A stretch of 64,000 nt of DNA from Patescibacteria group bacterium (GTDB taxonomy: Bacteria > Patescibacteriota > Patescibacteriia > Patescibacteriales > UBA12465), in assembly GCA_050949505.1 (NCBI GenBank), contig JBMNFV010000001.1:30284-94283 (forward strand), written 5' to 3'. The notes beneath the pieces are model-generated. The model was given only the letters and a program-made list of their open reading frames with translations, was not told where the DNA came from and searched no databases. Shown piece after piece: positions 45,376 through 55,314 of this stretch. Both the position numbers and the translations under genes were made by a program. How positions within the stretch are numbered: the stretch's first letter is position 1; the number at the start of each line of letters is the position of its first letter.

Positions 45376-45406
45376 CAAAAAGCGCCCGTTTAACGAGGCG
45401 CTTTTG
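45376..45406. terminator. bidirectional rho-independent terminator (rpsD / tRNA-Asp)
   Basis: ccaaAAAGCGCCcgtttaacgaGGCGCTTTtgaa. Confidence 0.6.
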
Positions 45407-45431
45407 AATAATCTTAAATCTAATCTTAGGC

Positions 45432-46013
45432 TTAAAGTTTTTTGTGATAATACTCCAAGACTTTAGCCATGTCCACATTCTGAGGCAAGTCAGCCTCTTT
45501 AGGAATATGAAGAAACTTCCCTCCCTTTTCAGTAAAAGACAAAAAGCTAGGTTGCTCCACTTCTTGACGAGCACTAGCAATTAGCTCCTTAAAGAAGTTT
45601 CTCTTGTATGACTTCTCACGCAAAGTAATCACCTGACCCTCTTTAACTATATAAGAAGGGATGTCAACTGACTGCTCATCAACTAAAATATGTTGATGAT
45701 TAACAATTTGTCTAGCCTGCTCTCTGGTCTTAGCTAATCCTAAACGATAAACAACATTATCTAGCCGTGATTCTAATTTTTCTAATAGATTAATTCGGGG
45801 GTCACCTTGTTTAGAAAAAGCTTCCACCACATATCGTCGCATCTGCTTCTCCATGATCCCGTAAATAAACTTTAATTTTTGTTTTTCTTCTAGAATTAAA
45901 CCGTAGTCAGACTTTCTCTGTCGGTTTTGACCACGCCTTCTAATACTAGCTTGCTCACTAGCTAACCCGTATTGTTGGCGCTTTCTGAGTTTTGGTCCTA
46001 AATATCTTCCCAT
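45432..46013 (-). CDS. rpsD: 30S ribosomal protein S4
   Basis: MGRYLGPKLRKRQQYG.. with an S4 RNA-binding domain (RLDNVVYRLGLAKTREQARQIVNHQHILVD). Confidence 0.92.
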   Translation of the reverse strand: MGRYLGPKLRKRQQYGLASEQASIRRRGQNRQRKSDYGLILEEKQKLKFIYGIMEKQMRRYVVEAFSKQGDPRINLLEKLESRLDNVVYRLGLAKTREQARQIVNHQHILVDEQSVDIPSYIVKEGQVITLREKSYKRNFFKELIASARQEVEQPSFLSFTEKGGKFLHIPKEADLPQNVDMAKVLEYYHKKL

Positions 46014-46151
46014 AATAAACTAGCTTAAATAATTAATATGCTTAGCAGCAGTTAACACAAGACCCTTAACTTAACACAAAGGGAATATTTTTTCAAGACC
46101 TTTTAAGATTATCTTTCCCTGCTAACTAAGTCTTTGTTTTTTGAACTAAAC

Positions 46152-48473
46152 TTAAATTTCACAATTGCCTCCCGCGCAAGCCAATTCTTTTTTAACATCT
46201 AATTCATCAGTTTTTTCGTAGGTAATAATTTTAGAATAATCAATGTGTTTTAGTCTTTCAGTTAGCTCTAAGTATTTCTTTTCATCAATCTCTTCATAGG
46301 GAGCTAATTGATAAACATGATTATTACGAGGCAAGAAGGATAATCCGCCCACAATCTCCCAGTTCTTATAAACCCAATCCGCCACCGCTATCCACTCATC
46401 TTCACCCACAGAAATAGTGACTGAAGGATTATGCTCAGTATAACTAGTTTTTACGAGCTTCCAATGCTCTAGCTGATCAATGGCACTTAGGTCATCTTTA
46501 AAGACTGAGCCTTTCGGGGCCTTGACTGGAAACTCTAAGACGTAGGTAGTAGCTGTTTCTAGTGATTGCCCAACTTCTGGATGATAAGGAACACCTTGGT
46601 CTTTTAACATCTTAAACAAAGAGTCTGTCGCGGCTATCCTAATTCGCCTGATATAATAAGGGGCGTGACGAGGATGCATACCAGAAGAGCAGTCTACCAT
46701 TTGCGATAATGTCCCCGAGGGCTTAACTGCGGTAGTACAGGTAGCGGGATTAATTCCAAACCGCTTGGCATAAACCTGATTAACTTTAATAACTTCTTTT
46801 TTTAACTTATCTAACAGCTTGGCATCGTGAATAACTGGACTATCCCATTGACCAGTGATAGAAACTCCTAACAAGGCTTCCTTGCGACAATTAGTTTGCC
46901 AACTCTCAGATAGGTAAGGGAAATAGGTTAAGCTGGCCTGATAAGTGCCTAAAATAGTCGCTAAACGAATTTTCCTCAATAATGACTTTTCATCATCTTC
47001 TGCCCTAGCCACGGCTTCAGATAAATTACAAAACTGCTTAGACTGCAAGATGATCTCCCCGCAAGGATTAGTCCCAATTAGTCCCACTATATTTTCTCCC
47101 GTCTTATCAAAATATCCTTCATACTTCTTCAATAACGCTATACGCCTTTCAGGTAAAGTCTTGGCTAAAGAGCCTCGGTTAAAAATTCCTCTCTCTCCTG
47201 AACCTGACTTCATAAGTGCCATCCATTCCTCTAAGAACTCCGTATTGCTAGGCTGATGAGTATAGACTGCTGAATTATTAGCTAGCATTCTTTGCGGCTC
47301 TTTGGTATAAAAGGCACCACTTTTAGAGTCACGAATATCTTCATCGTCTAAATCTGATAAAGAAATCATGGCACTTCTCCTTACTCCTCCGGAAACTACA
47401 CAGTCACCAATCATGCAAATAATATCATGAATATCAATATTCCTTAACCGCTTGCCCTGACGTTTGAGCATCTTCTCTTTAGTGAACTTTAGTAGTCGTT
47501 GTAAAGGCTCTGGACCTGAGGACTTTCCGCCCATAGTCTTTAACCTAGCGCCCGCTGGTCGCAAGAGCGAATAGTCAAATTCTATATCATAACCAGCCGC
47601 CCAAGCCGTCATTCCCGCCGCTAACGCATCGGCCCAACCTTCCTTGCTATCAGGAATTCGGTAAACGGCTCTATTTTTACCATTTTGTACTTTAATTTGG
47701 GGAAATTTCTGGACATTCTGGCTTTCTGCTGACCAACCCACTCCTGTTCCGCACATAGAAACATACATAATTTCCGCTAAATCTTGGAAGTTCTCTGGAG
47801 CAATATAAGCACAATTATATGCACAAACATTAGTTTTTTCTGCGGCTATCCCTGAAAATTGCAGTAGTCGCATTGAAGGCATTGCCTCGTGATTTAATAT
47901 CCCCTCCCTTAATTCCTTATACTCGCTTTCCTTGAGTTTATCGCCTAAGTTTTTTTTCATAAACTCAATATAGCGGTCTACTGTTTCTAGCCAAGTCTCT
48001 CGCCTACCCTCACTAGCCATCCAGCGAGAATAGGAGCGGTAATAAACGAACTCGCCTAAAGAATTTCGGAAATAATTTTTACTATCCTGTGCCAAATTCT
48101 TCACCTTAGCCGGTACCTGCAGCCCTTCTTCTCTTAGCTTTGCTCGCTCCTCCCGATATAAAATATAATGCTTGGCCGTTTTGACATATTCAGACAAAAT
48201 CAACTCCTTCTCTACGGTATCTTGAATTCCTTCCACGGTGGGAATAAAGGTTTTATATTTTTTAGTAATTTTTAAAACATCAGCATGAATTCGCTTAGCT
48301 ACTTTCCCCGCCTCCTCCAGTGATCCCTCCTCTGAAGAAAGCATCGCTTTATAAATTGCTGTTTTTATTTTTTCAACATCAAAAGGGACGATGGATCCAT
48401 CTCTTTTTTGGATGCTTTTGACTACGACCTCAGGCTTGGTCGTCTTGGCTTCTTTTGACATAGGCGTGATCAT
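46152..48473 (-). CDS. nrdJ: ribonucleotide reductase, class II (adenosylcobalamin-dependent)-like, with N-terminal ATP-cone
   Basis: ATP-cone (VVKSIQKRDGSIVPFDVEKIKTAIYKA), active-site TNPCGEI, C-terminal Cys pair CAGGNCEI. It has no glycyl-radical motif (class III) and no adjacent NrdB (class I). Confidence 0.75.
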   Translation of the reverse strand: MITPMSKEAKTTKPEVVVKSIQKRDGSIVPFDVEKIKTAIYKAMLSSEEGSLEEAGKVAKRIHADVLKITKKYKTFIPTVEGIQDTVEKELILSEYVKTAKHYILYREERAKLREEGLQVPAKVKNLAQDSKNYFRNSLGEFVYYRSYSRWMASEGRRETWLETVDRYIEFMKKNLGDKLKESEYKELREGILNHEAMPSMRLLQFSGIAAEKTNVCAYNCAYIAPENFQDLAEIMYVSMCGTGVGWSAESQNVQKFPQIKVQNGKNRAVYRIPDSKEGWADALAAGMTAWAAGYDIEFDYSLLRPAGARLKTMGGKSSGPEPLQRLLKFTKEKMLKRQGKRLRNIDIHDIICMIGDCVVSGGVRRSAMISLSDLDDEDIRDSKSGAFYTKEPQRMLANNSAVYTHQPSNTEFLEEWMALMKSGSGERGIFNRGSLAKTLPERRIALLKKYEGYFDKTGENIVGLIGTNPCGEIILQSKQFCNLSEAVARAEDDEKSLLRKIRLATILGTYQASLTYFPYLSESWQTNCRKEALLGVSITGQWDSPVIHDAKLLDKLKKEVIKVNQVYAKRFGINPATCTTAVKPSGTLSQMVDCSSGMHPRHAPYYIRRIRIAATDSLFKMLKDQGVPYHPEVGQSLETATTYVLEFPVKAPKGSVFKDDLSAIDQLEHWKLVKTSYTEHNPSVTISVGEDEWIAVADWVYKNWEIVGGLSFLPRNNHVYQLAPYEEIDEKKYLELTERLKHIDYSKIITYEKTDELDVKKELACAGGNCEI

Positions 48474-48490
48474 TAAAGAATTAAATATTT

Positions 48491-48814
48491 TTAAATTTTT
48501 TTATAGGACTTTAATCCTAAGCGGTTTAACTTAGCCTTTTCTTTGGCTAGCAATCGCTCTTTCTGACTCGCTCCACGGTTATATTCACCTAAACGCCCAT
48601 CACTTCTAATTACTCGGTGGCAAGGAATTTGGGGGTCATAATTTTTACTTAAAATAGTCCCCACCGCTCGGCAGGCCAAAGGCCGCCCCGCCAATTCCGC
48701 CACCTCTTTATAGGTTAGCACTTCACCTTCAGGAATTTGAGAGACAATAAAATAAACTTGCTCCTTAAAGGTCTTACCAGTTAAGTTATTTTTATAATCT
48801 TCTCGCCAATTCAT
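48491..48814 (-). CDS. ogt: methylated-DNA--protein-cysteine methyltransferase family protein (short)
   Basis: TYKEVAELAGRP.A.RAVG and the active-site motif IPCHRVI; 107 aa (DNA-binding/active-site domain only). Confidence 0.75.
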   Translation of the reverse strand: MNWREDYKNNLTGKTFKEQVYFIVSQIPEGEVLTYKEVAELAGRPLACRAVGTILSKNYDPQIPCHRVIRSDGRLGEYNRGASQKERLLAKEKAKLNRLGLKSYKKI

Positions 48815-48961
48815 AGTTTTTAAGGGGAACTTTACTTCACTAAAAACAGTTTCCTAAACTCTTATTAATAACAAAGACTTACCTGAGTAATAGACTAAAA
48901 ATCTATTATTTAGTAAATCTTTAATTCTTGAAGAATTTATTTTTTATTATGAACCTTTTAT

Positions 48962-48970
48962 ATTATAGCA
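48962..48970 (-). promoter_or_regulatory. candidate extended -10 promoter (TGCTATAAT on minus strand) for ogt-nrdJ
   Basis: The reverse complement of attatagca is TGCTATAAT, about 150 nt upstream of the ogt ATG. Confidence 0.4.
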
Positions 48971-49031
48971 AAATTACCCTGCCCTGACCAGCCCTAAATA
49001 ATCTCTAAATATTAGCCATTTTGCCCATTGT

Positions 49032-49040
49032 TGCTATAAT
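49032..49040 (+). promoter_or_regulatory. extended -10 promoter TGCTATAAT giving a probable leaderless mRNA
   Basis: TATAAT ends at 49040 and the ATG begins at 49047 (6-nt gap). The expected start site therefore falls on or next to the A of the ATG. Confidence 0.5.
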
Positions 49041-49046
49041 TACTTT

Positions 49047-49808
49047 ATGACTAAAAAATCAATTATTTATCTAATCCTAATTTCTTTTCTCATTAGCGCC
49101 TGTCAGTCGCCGAGCTTTAACTCTGCCCCAGACTCTGATTATTTAGCCACTCCTCAAATTAATGACTCGGTCACCCCTCTTGCCACTGCAACTACTCCCC
49201 ACTCTGAGTCTCTTCCAAAAGAGGAGCCGATGTTAGGTCTAGAGGAAGTCACTAAACTAGATACTGACAACTCTCTCCCTGAAGTCTTAGCCACGACTAC
49301 CGACTACTTCCTCCCTCCAGTACCTGAGTTCTTTGCCCGAATCACTAAAAAAAGTTTTGGCACCTATGTGACTCCCCAAAACTCCCCAGTTTCCCCAGAA
49401 CGCTTTAGTGGTTATCATAGTGGTGTTGATGTAGAATTTTCAGACCTTGAAGAATTAGTTCCGGTCACGGCTATTGGTGATGGCTTGGTTATCTTTTCTG
49501 GACGAGTCAATGGTTATGGGGGAGTAGTTATTATTAGACATAAACTTAATGGGCAAATTTATTCTGCCCTCTACGGACACTTAGCGCTAGCTAGTCTGCC
49601 CGCTCTTCACTCCCTGGTCTCCACTGGAGATATTATTGGAGCTTTAGGAGCAGCCTATTCTTCGGATACTGACGGAGAGCGTCGCCACCTTCATTTGTCT
49701 ATTTATCCAGGCGAGACAATTAATTTTCGTGGCTATGCCAGCACTAAATCAGAACTGACTGCCTGGCTAGATCCTTTATTTTTATTCCATGATCAAATGG
49801 ACAAATAG
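49047..49808 (+). CDS. M23-family metallopeptidase lipoprotein
   Basis: Lipobox LISAC|Q; HSGVDV (HxxxD) and HLHLSI (HxH) zinc motifs. Confidence 0.85.
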   Translation: MTKKSIIYLILISFLISACQSPSFNSAPDSDYLATPQINDSVTPLATATTPHSESLPKEEPMLGLEEVTKLDTDNSLPEVLATTTDYFLPPVPEFFARITKKSFGTYVTPQNSPVSPERFSGYHSGVDVEFSDLEELVPVTAIGDGLVIFSGRVNGYGGVVIIRHKLNGQIYSALYGHLALASLPALHSLVSTGDIIGALGAAYSSDTDGERRHLHLSIYPGETINFRGYASTKSELTAWLDPLFLFHDQMDK

Positions 49809-49868
49809 CCTTTTATTTGCTATACTGTCATTATTAATTAAATATTTATAAATTAATTACATTTTATT

Positions 49869-50459
49869 ATGTTAAAAAAATTACTTTGGATTTTGGGGAT
49901 AGTAATTATTATTGCCCTAGCTGTTAGCATTAAATTAGGTCAAACCCCCAAGACTCCTGTTGAAAATGGTCAGCCCAAGGAGATGGGTCAAGAAATAGTT
50001 ATTGAAGAAGAAGAAGGTTTGGCAGAGCCAGACGCTTCAATATTAGACGAAGAAGGCTTAGCCGAAGAGGATGCTGGCCTAATCGCTGAGGAGGAGCTTT
50101 TTCCTGAACCTGAGGAAATTTCTGCTTCAAATTTAGAAGGTTCTTGGAAAATCTCTCTGTTAATTGATGGTCCTAAGAAATTAGACTTAACTAACCATGA
50201 CTTCTTCCTAAACTTTGAAGAGTCACACGTATCTGGCAAGATTTGTAATAATCTTGGTGGTCCCTATGAATTAATTGCTGATAATCAATTGGCCTTTGGG
50301 GCCCTGATCCGAACTCAAATGTATTGCTTTGAAACCATGGAAGCAGAGGACACCTTCTTTGATATCATTCAATCAGGCCAGCTCAATTATGTAATTGATG
50401 GCACTGGCAGCCTAATCCTCACTGATGGTAGCAGCAAGATTATTGAGTTAAGTCGCTAA
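49869..50459 (+). CDS. membrane-anchored META-domain (HslJ-like) protein
   Basis: N-terminal TM, an acidic linker, then SGKICNNLGGPYEL..LAFGALIRTQMYC..MEAEDTFFDII, the META pattern. Confidence 0.7.
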   Translation: MLKKLLWILGIVIIIALAVSIKLGQTPKTPVENGQPKEMGQEIVIEEEEGLAEPDASILDEEGLAEEDAGLIAEEELFPEPEEISASNLEGSWKISLLIDGPKKLDLTNHDFFLNFEESHVSGKICNNLGGPYELIADNQLAFGALIRTQMYCFETMEAEDTFFDIIQSGQLNYVIDGTGSLILTDGSSKIIELSR

Positions 50460-50498
50460 CCATCATCTGGACTATTCAATAGAAAAGCTTTGTTTAAG

Positions 50499-50531
50499 AA
50501 AAACCCTCATCAAGATTGATGAGGGTTTTTG
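50499..50531. terminator. bidirectional rho-independent terminator
   Basis: aaaaaCCCTCATCaagattGATGAGGGtttttg. Confidence 0.8.
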
Positions 50532-50590
50532 CTAACAATGACCTAAAGTTGTTTTCCCAACTTTCAACACTCAACTTATTATCCTAATCA

Positions 50591-51049
50591 TTAAACAGAT
50601 TCCTGGTCCCTAATTTCATCTAAAATCTTTTTCACTTGATAGGGGGAGTCAATATGTCTTAGCGACACTTCCGTCTCGCTGGTACCCGCGGTATTAATAT
50701 GTAACTCTCCTGACCTGGCTAAAATTCTTTCAAAAAATGGCTCACGGACTTTAATGTCAGTAATTTTAAAATAATCAATACTTACTGTAGCAGTAGATAG
50801 CCAGCCACGATAAATTAATACTCGCTTATTGGTAAAGGCATAAACATTAGCTACTTTTAAATAAAAAGAAAAATAAAAGAAAGCCATTAAAAATACCACT
50901 ATTCCCAAACCATAAAACAAAACTAAAGGAACACTAATTAATCCTGAAATCACTAAACCCAGGCGCTTATATCTCTCGCTAACCGAGAAACTATACTTCA
51001 GCTCTTCGCCTTCGCCTAGAATTTTAGCAAATACTTTTTTATTAGCCAT
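50591..51049 (-). CDS. bacterial PH-domain (bPH_2, YdbS/YdbT-like) membrane protein
   Basis: Two N-terminal TM helices, then YAFTNKRVLIYRGWLS..SIDYFKITDIKVREPFFERILARSGELHINTAG. Confidence 0.7.
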   Translation of the reverse strand: MANKKVFAKILGEGEELKYSFSVSERYKRLGLVISGLISVPLVLFYGLGIVVFLMAFFYFSFYLKVANVYAFTNKRVLIYRGWLSTATVSIDYFKITDIKVREPFFERILARSGELHINTAGTSETEVSLRHIDSPYQVKKILDEIRDQESV

Positions 51050-51107
51050 AATTATTTATTTTAATTTTTAAAACTGACTGATAGCTACTTCTCACTCAGC
51101 TAATCGT

Positions 51108-51197
51108 TGGCGGAGAGGGGGAGATTCGAACTCCCGAAAGGGTTGCCCCTTTGCCGCTTTTCGAGAGCGGTGCTTTCAACCACTCAGCCACCTCTCC
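51108..51197 (-). tRNA. tRNA-Ser (CGA), type II, CCA encoded
   Basis: The reverse complement reads GGAGAGGTGGCTGAGTGGTTGAAAGCACCGCTCTCGAAAAGCGG..GGGAGTTCGAATCTCCCCCTCTCCGCCA. Anticodon loop CT-CGA-AA; long variable arm. Confidence 0.92.
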
Positions 51198-51203
51198 ATT
51201 TTA

Positions 51204-51905
51204 CTACTTTAAAAGCTTATTTAGCTCTTCTGCCTTCAGTTCTCTAGTTTGGCCTTCTGATAATTTTCCTAATTCTATCCCTGCCAAACTAACTCGCTTT
51301 AAATCTAATACTGTTAAATTCAGTTTAGCAAACATTCTTTTTATCTGCCTCTTTTTTCCCTCTCTTAAAACTACGCTAAATAAATTATTCTGTAAATAAC
51401 TTAAACTCTTAGCCACCGCTAATCTTTTTTCGCCAATATCAATTCCTGAAACAAACTTTTGCTGCATTTCCCTTAGATTAAATTCTTTCTCTTTGAGTCT
51501 CACTTCATACTCTTTGCTGACCTCATAGCGAGGGTGGCTAAGCTTTAAGGCCAGGTCTCCATCATTGGTTATCAATACTAATCCTCGGCTATCCTTATCC
51601 AATCTCCCTACGGCAAATAGTCTTTCTGGGCGCTTGATTAGGGAAAAGATATTTTTCTCCCCTGGGAAATAGCGATTAGAACAAGTGTAGCCTTTTGGCT
51701 TATTAAGAATCAGATAAAGCTTGTCTTGTTTTGTGTTAATTAGCTTCCCATTTACCTTGACCTGATCCACCTCTGTATCCACCCTATCGGACACCATCGC
51801 CAACTTATCATTAATTGTCACTTGCCCTGCTTTAATTAATTTTTCAGCTTGACGGCGAGAAGCGTAACCACTACTGGCAATTGCTTTTTGTATACTAATC
51901 TTCAT
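51204..51905 (-). CDS. pseudouridine synthase, RsuA/RluB family
   Basis: N-terminal S4 domain (ASRRQAEKLIKAGQVTIN) and the catalytic motif GRLDKDSRGLVLITNDG. Confidence 0.88.
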   Translation of the reverse strand: MKISIQKAIASSGYASRRQAEKLIKAGQVTINDKLAMVSDRVDTEVDQVKVNGKLINTKQDKLYLILNKPKGYTCSNRYFPGEKNIFSLIKRPERLFAVGRLDKDSRGLVLITNDGDLALKLSHPRYEVSKEYEVRLKEKEFNLREMQQKFVSGIDIGEKRLAVAKSLSYLQNNLFSVVLREGKKRQIKRMFAKLNLTVLDLKRVSLAGIELGKLSEGQTRELKAEELNKLLK

Positions 51906-53286
51906 ATTTTAAAACTGACTCATCTAGTTTTAGTAGCGCTAAGAGAGCAATAGTTATCCAAAACAAGGCGGATAAATCGTTTTTAAAATAAGGGACATCT
52001 ACTAGGCCGTGTATTAGGATAACCACCAATGAACCCAGGATCCCTATCGCTAAATAGCGATTATTGGCTTTTTTCTTTAAACCTATTCTTAAGGATAAAT
52101 ACATTGCTCTAATTAATAAAATTAACCAGATAAGCATTCCTAAAATTCCTATCTCCGTCCAAAAATTCAAGAAGATATTATGAGGGTATAGATAAATTTC
52201 TACTGGCTGCCAATACTTAGCTTGCAGGGTAGAACTGGCCCAAGTCAGGGCATGAAAATTATCTATCCGGTCTCGATTAAAGAAGATTCCTTCTTGATGA
52301 TAAGGGGCAATCGCCTGCTGATAATTAGCTAGGCCTGCTCCCCAAAAAATATTACTCCCTTGGCTTAATAGATCCTTAGTCTCACGCCATTGTTGCAATC
52401 TAATTTGCCCTGACAAGTCTTGTAGGGTAATTTTTTCTAAAGCTAAACTTTGCCAATTAGGAAAAATTATTAAACTAACTACCATTAATCCCAATCCTAT
52501 ACTAGTCACTACTCTAGTCCACTTATTTATTAGCAGTCCAACAGCGACTAGTCCTGCTAGTAGGCCTATTAAGGCCCCTTCTGATTTAGCAAAATAAATA
52601 CTCAATCCTGCTAGCAGCATAACTACCCCTATAAGCCCTAGCCTAAACCAATTCATAGTCAACTGTTCTTTTTTTAGCGACCAAGCCCAAGTTGTTAATA
52701 GGGGAATTAGTGGAGCTAAGAACAGCCCTACTGCGTTGGGATACTCAAATACTGACACTACGCGCCTAGTACTAGCTGTTGCCCAAAAATCATTGGGAAT
52801 TAATTGTCCAGTAATTTTTTGATAAATAGCTATCAGGCTAATTAAAGCAGTGGAAAATAATAAGGCCCAAAAAATCTTCGCTCGGTCAGCTTTATTTTGC
52901 GCTAAATTAATAATTAGAATAAATAATAAAATTGGCTCAAAGAAATAAGCCTTCCAAGCCCCCAGGGCGGCCAAGCTTAGTCGAGCGGTAATCACTGCTA
53001 AGAAAGAAACCGTAATTAACCCTATTATTTCCCAAGAAAAAGGATAAGGTCGTCTTATCCTCTTTTTTTGCCATACTTGCTTAAGGTGTGGCCAATAAGA
53101 CTTGCTAAACCAAATTAAAAATAATGATAAAATCATTAATTCCAACATCGTAGTTGGCAAGCCAAATAGCTTAAACCTAAGCAAATAGGTTGGCAAGCTA
53201 GCGATTAGTAGGGCTAGGGCTAATTTTTGATCCCGCCAACTAATCAAGAGAAAAATGACTAGTCCCAGGCTAATTAAATAGACCAT
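51895..53286 (-). CDS. polytopic membrane protein, O-antigen ligase/Wzy_C-like (second paralog)
   Basis: More than 10 TM helices. External loop followed by YPHNIFLNFWTEIGILGMLIWL, analogous to the HNVFLLLWAQSG block in 19412..20713. Confidence 0.65.
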   Translation of the reverse strand: MVYLISLGLVIFLLISWRDQKLALALLIASLPTYLLRFKLFGLPTTMLELMILSLFLIWFSKSYWPHLKQVWQKKRIRRPYPFSWEIIGLITVSFLAVITARLSLAALGAWKAYFFEPILLFILIINLAQNKADRAKIFWALLFSTALISLIAIYQKITGQLIPNDFWATASTRRVVSVFEYPNAVGLFLAPLIPLLTTWAWSLKKEQLTMNWFRLGLIGVVMLLAGLSIYFAKSEGALIGLLAGLVAVGLLINKWTRVVTSIGLGLMVVSLIIFPNWQSLALEKITLQDLSGQIRLQQWRETKDLLSQGSNIFWGAGLANYQQAIAPYHQEGIFFNRDRIDNFHALTWASSTLQAKYWQPVEIYLYPHNIFLNFWTEIGILGMLIWLILLIRAMYLSLRIGLKKKANNRYLAIGILGSLVVILIHGLVDVPYFKNDLSALFWITIALLALLKLDESVLKYED

Positions 53287-53459
53287 ATTTTATTACTAAC
53301 TTTAAAAAGTATACTACATAACTAGCAATAATTAAAGCTTGTTTTTATCTATAACTACTCTAGTTTCATTATCTTTTTCTGCTACCTACCGACTTTATAA
53401 AACAAGGGCTATCTACTGATAACCCTTGTCTTAACTAACAAAATAATTTAACTACTATT

Positions 53460-54020
53460 TTAATTAACTCGCTCAGCGTACTCACCTGTTTCTGTATTGA
53501 CTCTAATCAAATCCCCCTCATTAACAAACATCGGCACGCTTAACTTAGCGCCAGTTTCAATCTCCACCACCTTATTAACATTACCCGCTGAGTTTCCCTT
53601 TACTCCTGGCGGCGCACTGATCACTTTAAACTCCATTTTTACTGGCAAACTAACTGAGACTGGTTTGCCCTCGTAATATAAAACATCCAGGTCCACCCCT
53701 TCTTTAAGAAACTTCTCACTCTCGCCTACTTCCTCTCTGGTTAAACTAAACTGCTCAAAACTCTCATTGTCCATAAAATAAATTTCTTCCTTGTCTCGGT
53801 ACATAAAATTAGCCTTCTTGGTTTGTGTTTCGGCCTCTTCTGCTTTTTCTGAACCTTGGTAGGTTTTCTCTAAGATGTTACCGTTAATTAAATTACGACA
53901 CTTCACCTTCAGAACTGCTCCACCGCGACCCATCTTATGATGGTCGGTTTTTATAATAACATAGGGGCCAGTTTCTAGTTTTATTACTCGGCCAGTTTTA
54001 ATTTCATTAAAATTTAACAT
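53460..54020 (-). CDS. efp: elongation factor P
   Basis: KTGRVIKLETGPYVIIKTDHHKMGRGGAVLKVKCRNLINGN. Confidence 0.93.
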   Translation of the reverse strand: MLNFNEIKTGRVIKLETGPYVIIKTDHHKMGRGGAVLKVKCRNLINGNILEKTYQGSEKAEEAETQTKKANFMYRDKEEIYFMDNESFEQFSLTREEVGESEKFLKEGVDLDVLYYEGKPVSVSLPVKMEFKVISAPPGVKGNSAGNVNKVVEIETGAKLSVPMFVNEGDLIRVNTETGEYAERVN

Positions 54021-54043
54021 AGGACTAACTTTTAACTAAAAAA

Positions 54044-54253
54044 TTACTTATGAGTAGTCGCTAACAAAGCCATTACTCGGGAGCGCTTGATCGCTGTTGA
54101 TAATTTTCTCTGGTGCCAAGCACAAACTCCGGTGCGACTACCGGGTAAAATTTTCATGAAAAAGTTGGTAAACTTTCTTAATGTCCGGGTATCCTTGTAG
54201 TCAACTTCTAAATTATTAACACAAAAATAACATTCTTTTTTATTCTTTGCCAT
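54044..54253 (-). CDS. rpsR: 30S ribosomal protein S18
   Basis: CYFC..VDYKDTRTLRKF..ILPGSRTGVCAWHQRKLSTAIKRSR. Confidence 0.9.
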   Translation of the reverse strand: MAKNKKECYFCVNNLEVDYKDTRTLRKFTNFFMKILPGSRTGVCAWHQRKLSTAIKRSRVMALLATTHK

Positions 54254-54303
54254 AAAATTATTATTACTAACAAAAGTCTAAACCTTTGTCTTTTATTTAA
54301 TAC

Positions 54304-54744
54304 TTAAAAAGGAATATTTTCCACTCTAATCTCCTCGTCAGCCGCATTATCCTCAGGAACTTCAATTACCGCCTCTGGACTAGCTGGCTTAAAGTCACCT
54401 CCTCCTGCTTGACTGCCCTTAGAGTCAAGCATGATCATATTTTCTACCACAATCTCTGTACGATAGCGCTTCACTCCGTCTTGACCAGCCCAGTCTGTGG
54501 TTTGGAGGCGGCCTTCAATAAACACCTTTGAACCCTTACGCAAATAATTAGCGCAAATCTCTGCTAACTTTCTCCAAGCGACAACATTGTGAAATTCTGC
54601 CTTTTTCTGCTGCTGACCACTTTGGTCTGTCCAAGTGAAATTAGTGGCCACTGAAAAAGAAGCTACACTTTGCCCTGATGGAGTGGTTCTTAGTTCTGGA
54701 TCACGGGTAAGGTTACCGATGATCATTGCTTTGTTTAAATTCAT
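54304..54744 (-). CDS. ssb: single-stranded DNA-binding protein
   Basis: MNLNKAMIIGNLTRDPELRTTPSGQSVASFSVATN; acidic tail ending in IPF. Confidence 0.92.
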   Translation of the reverse strand: MNLNKAMIIGNLTRDPELRTTPSGQSVASFSVATNFTWTDQSGQQQKKAEFHNVVAWRKLAEICANYLRKGSKVFIEGRLQTTDWAGQDGVKRYRTEIVVENMIMLDSKGSQAGGGDFKPASPEAVIEVPEDNAADEEIRVENIPF

Positions 54745-54777
54745 ATAATTAAAATTATTTAATTTAAAGTTAACTAA

Positions 54778-55314
54778 TTACATTAAGTCTTTAGCACTTA
54801 AAATTCCTTCTAATTTGTCATCTAGGTCATCCACACTAGCCACTTTTTCTTTGGCGGTTGACTTGGGAGCAGTCTCTTCTGAGGTCTCCTTCTTTTTGTT
54901 TAACACCTCCTCATCTTGAGTAGTTTGTTCTTTTTTCTCCTTGGCTTTTCTCGCTTCAATCTTGGCTTGAATTTCTTGAGCTCGCTTTAATTCTTCTTCA
55001 GACTTAACTCGCTTGCTAACAATCTGATGTCGCAAAACATCAGTTGACAGTCTTAGGTCTTGATTAATTTTAGCTAACAAGCTCCCTTCTAGATCAAATT
55101 CAAACAAAGCGTAATAGCCATAAGCATTATGCTTAATTTCATAAGCTAACTTCTTTTTTCCCCAATACTCGGAATAGGTAATTTTTCCTCCTCCGGTAGT
55201 AATGATTCCTTCTACCTTAGCAATGACTTGCTTAGCCTCTTCCTCAGTAAATTTATTAGGAACGATAAACAATATTTCATAATGCTTCGCTCCGCTCTTT
55301 TTTGTCTTTGACAT
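54778..55314 (-). CDS. rpsF: 30S ribosomal protein S6 (with long charged C-terminal extension)
   Basis: HYEILFIV..EYWGKKKLAYEIK..YYALFEF; conserved rpsF-ssb-rpsR order. Confidence 0.9.
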   Translation of the reverse strand: MSKTKKSGAKHYEILFIVPNKFTEEEAKQVIAKVEGIITTGGGKITYSEYWGKKKLAYEIKHNAYGYYALFEFDLEGSLLAKINQDLRLSTDVLRHQIVSKRVKSEEELKRAQEIQAKIEARKAKEKKEQTTQDEEVLNKKKETSEETAPKSTAKEKVASVDDLDDKLEGILSAKDLM

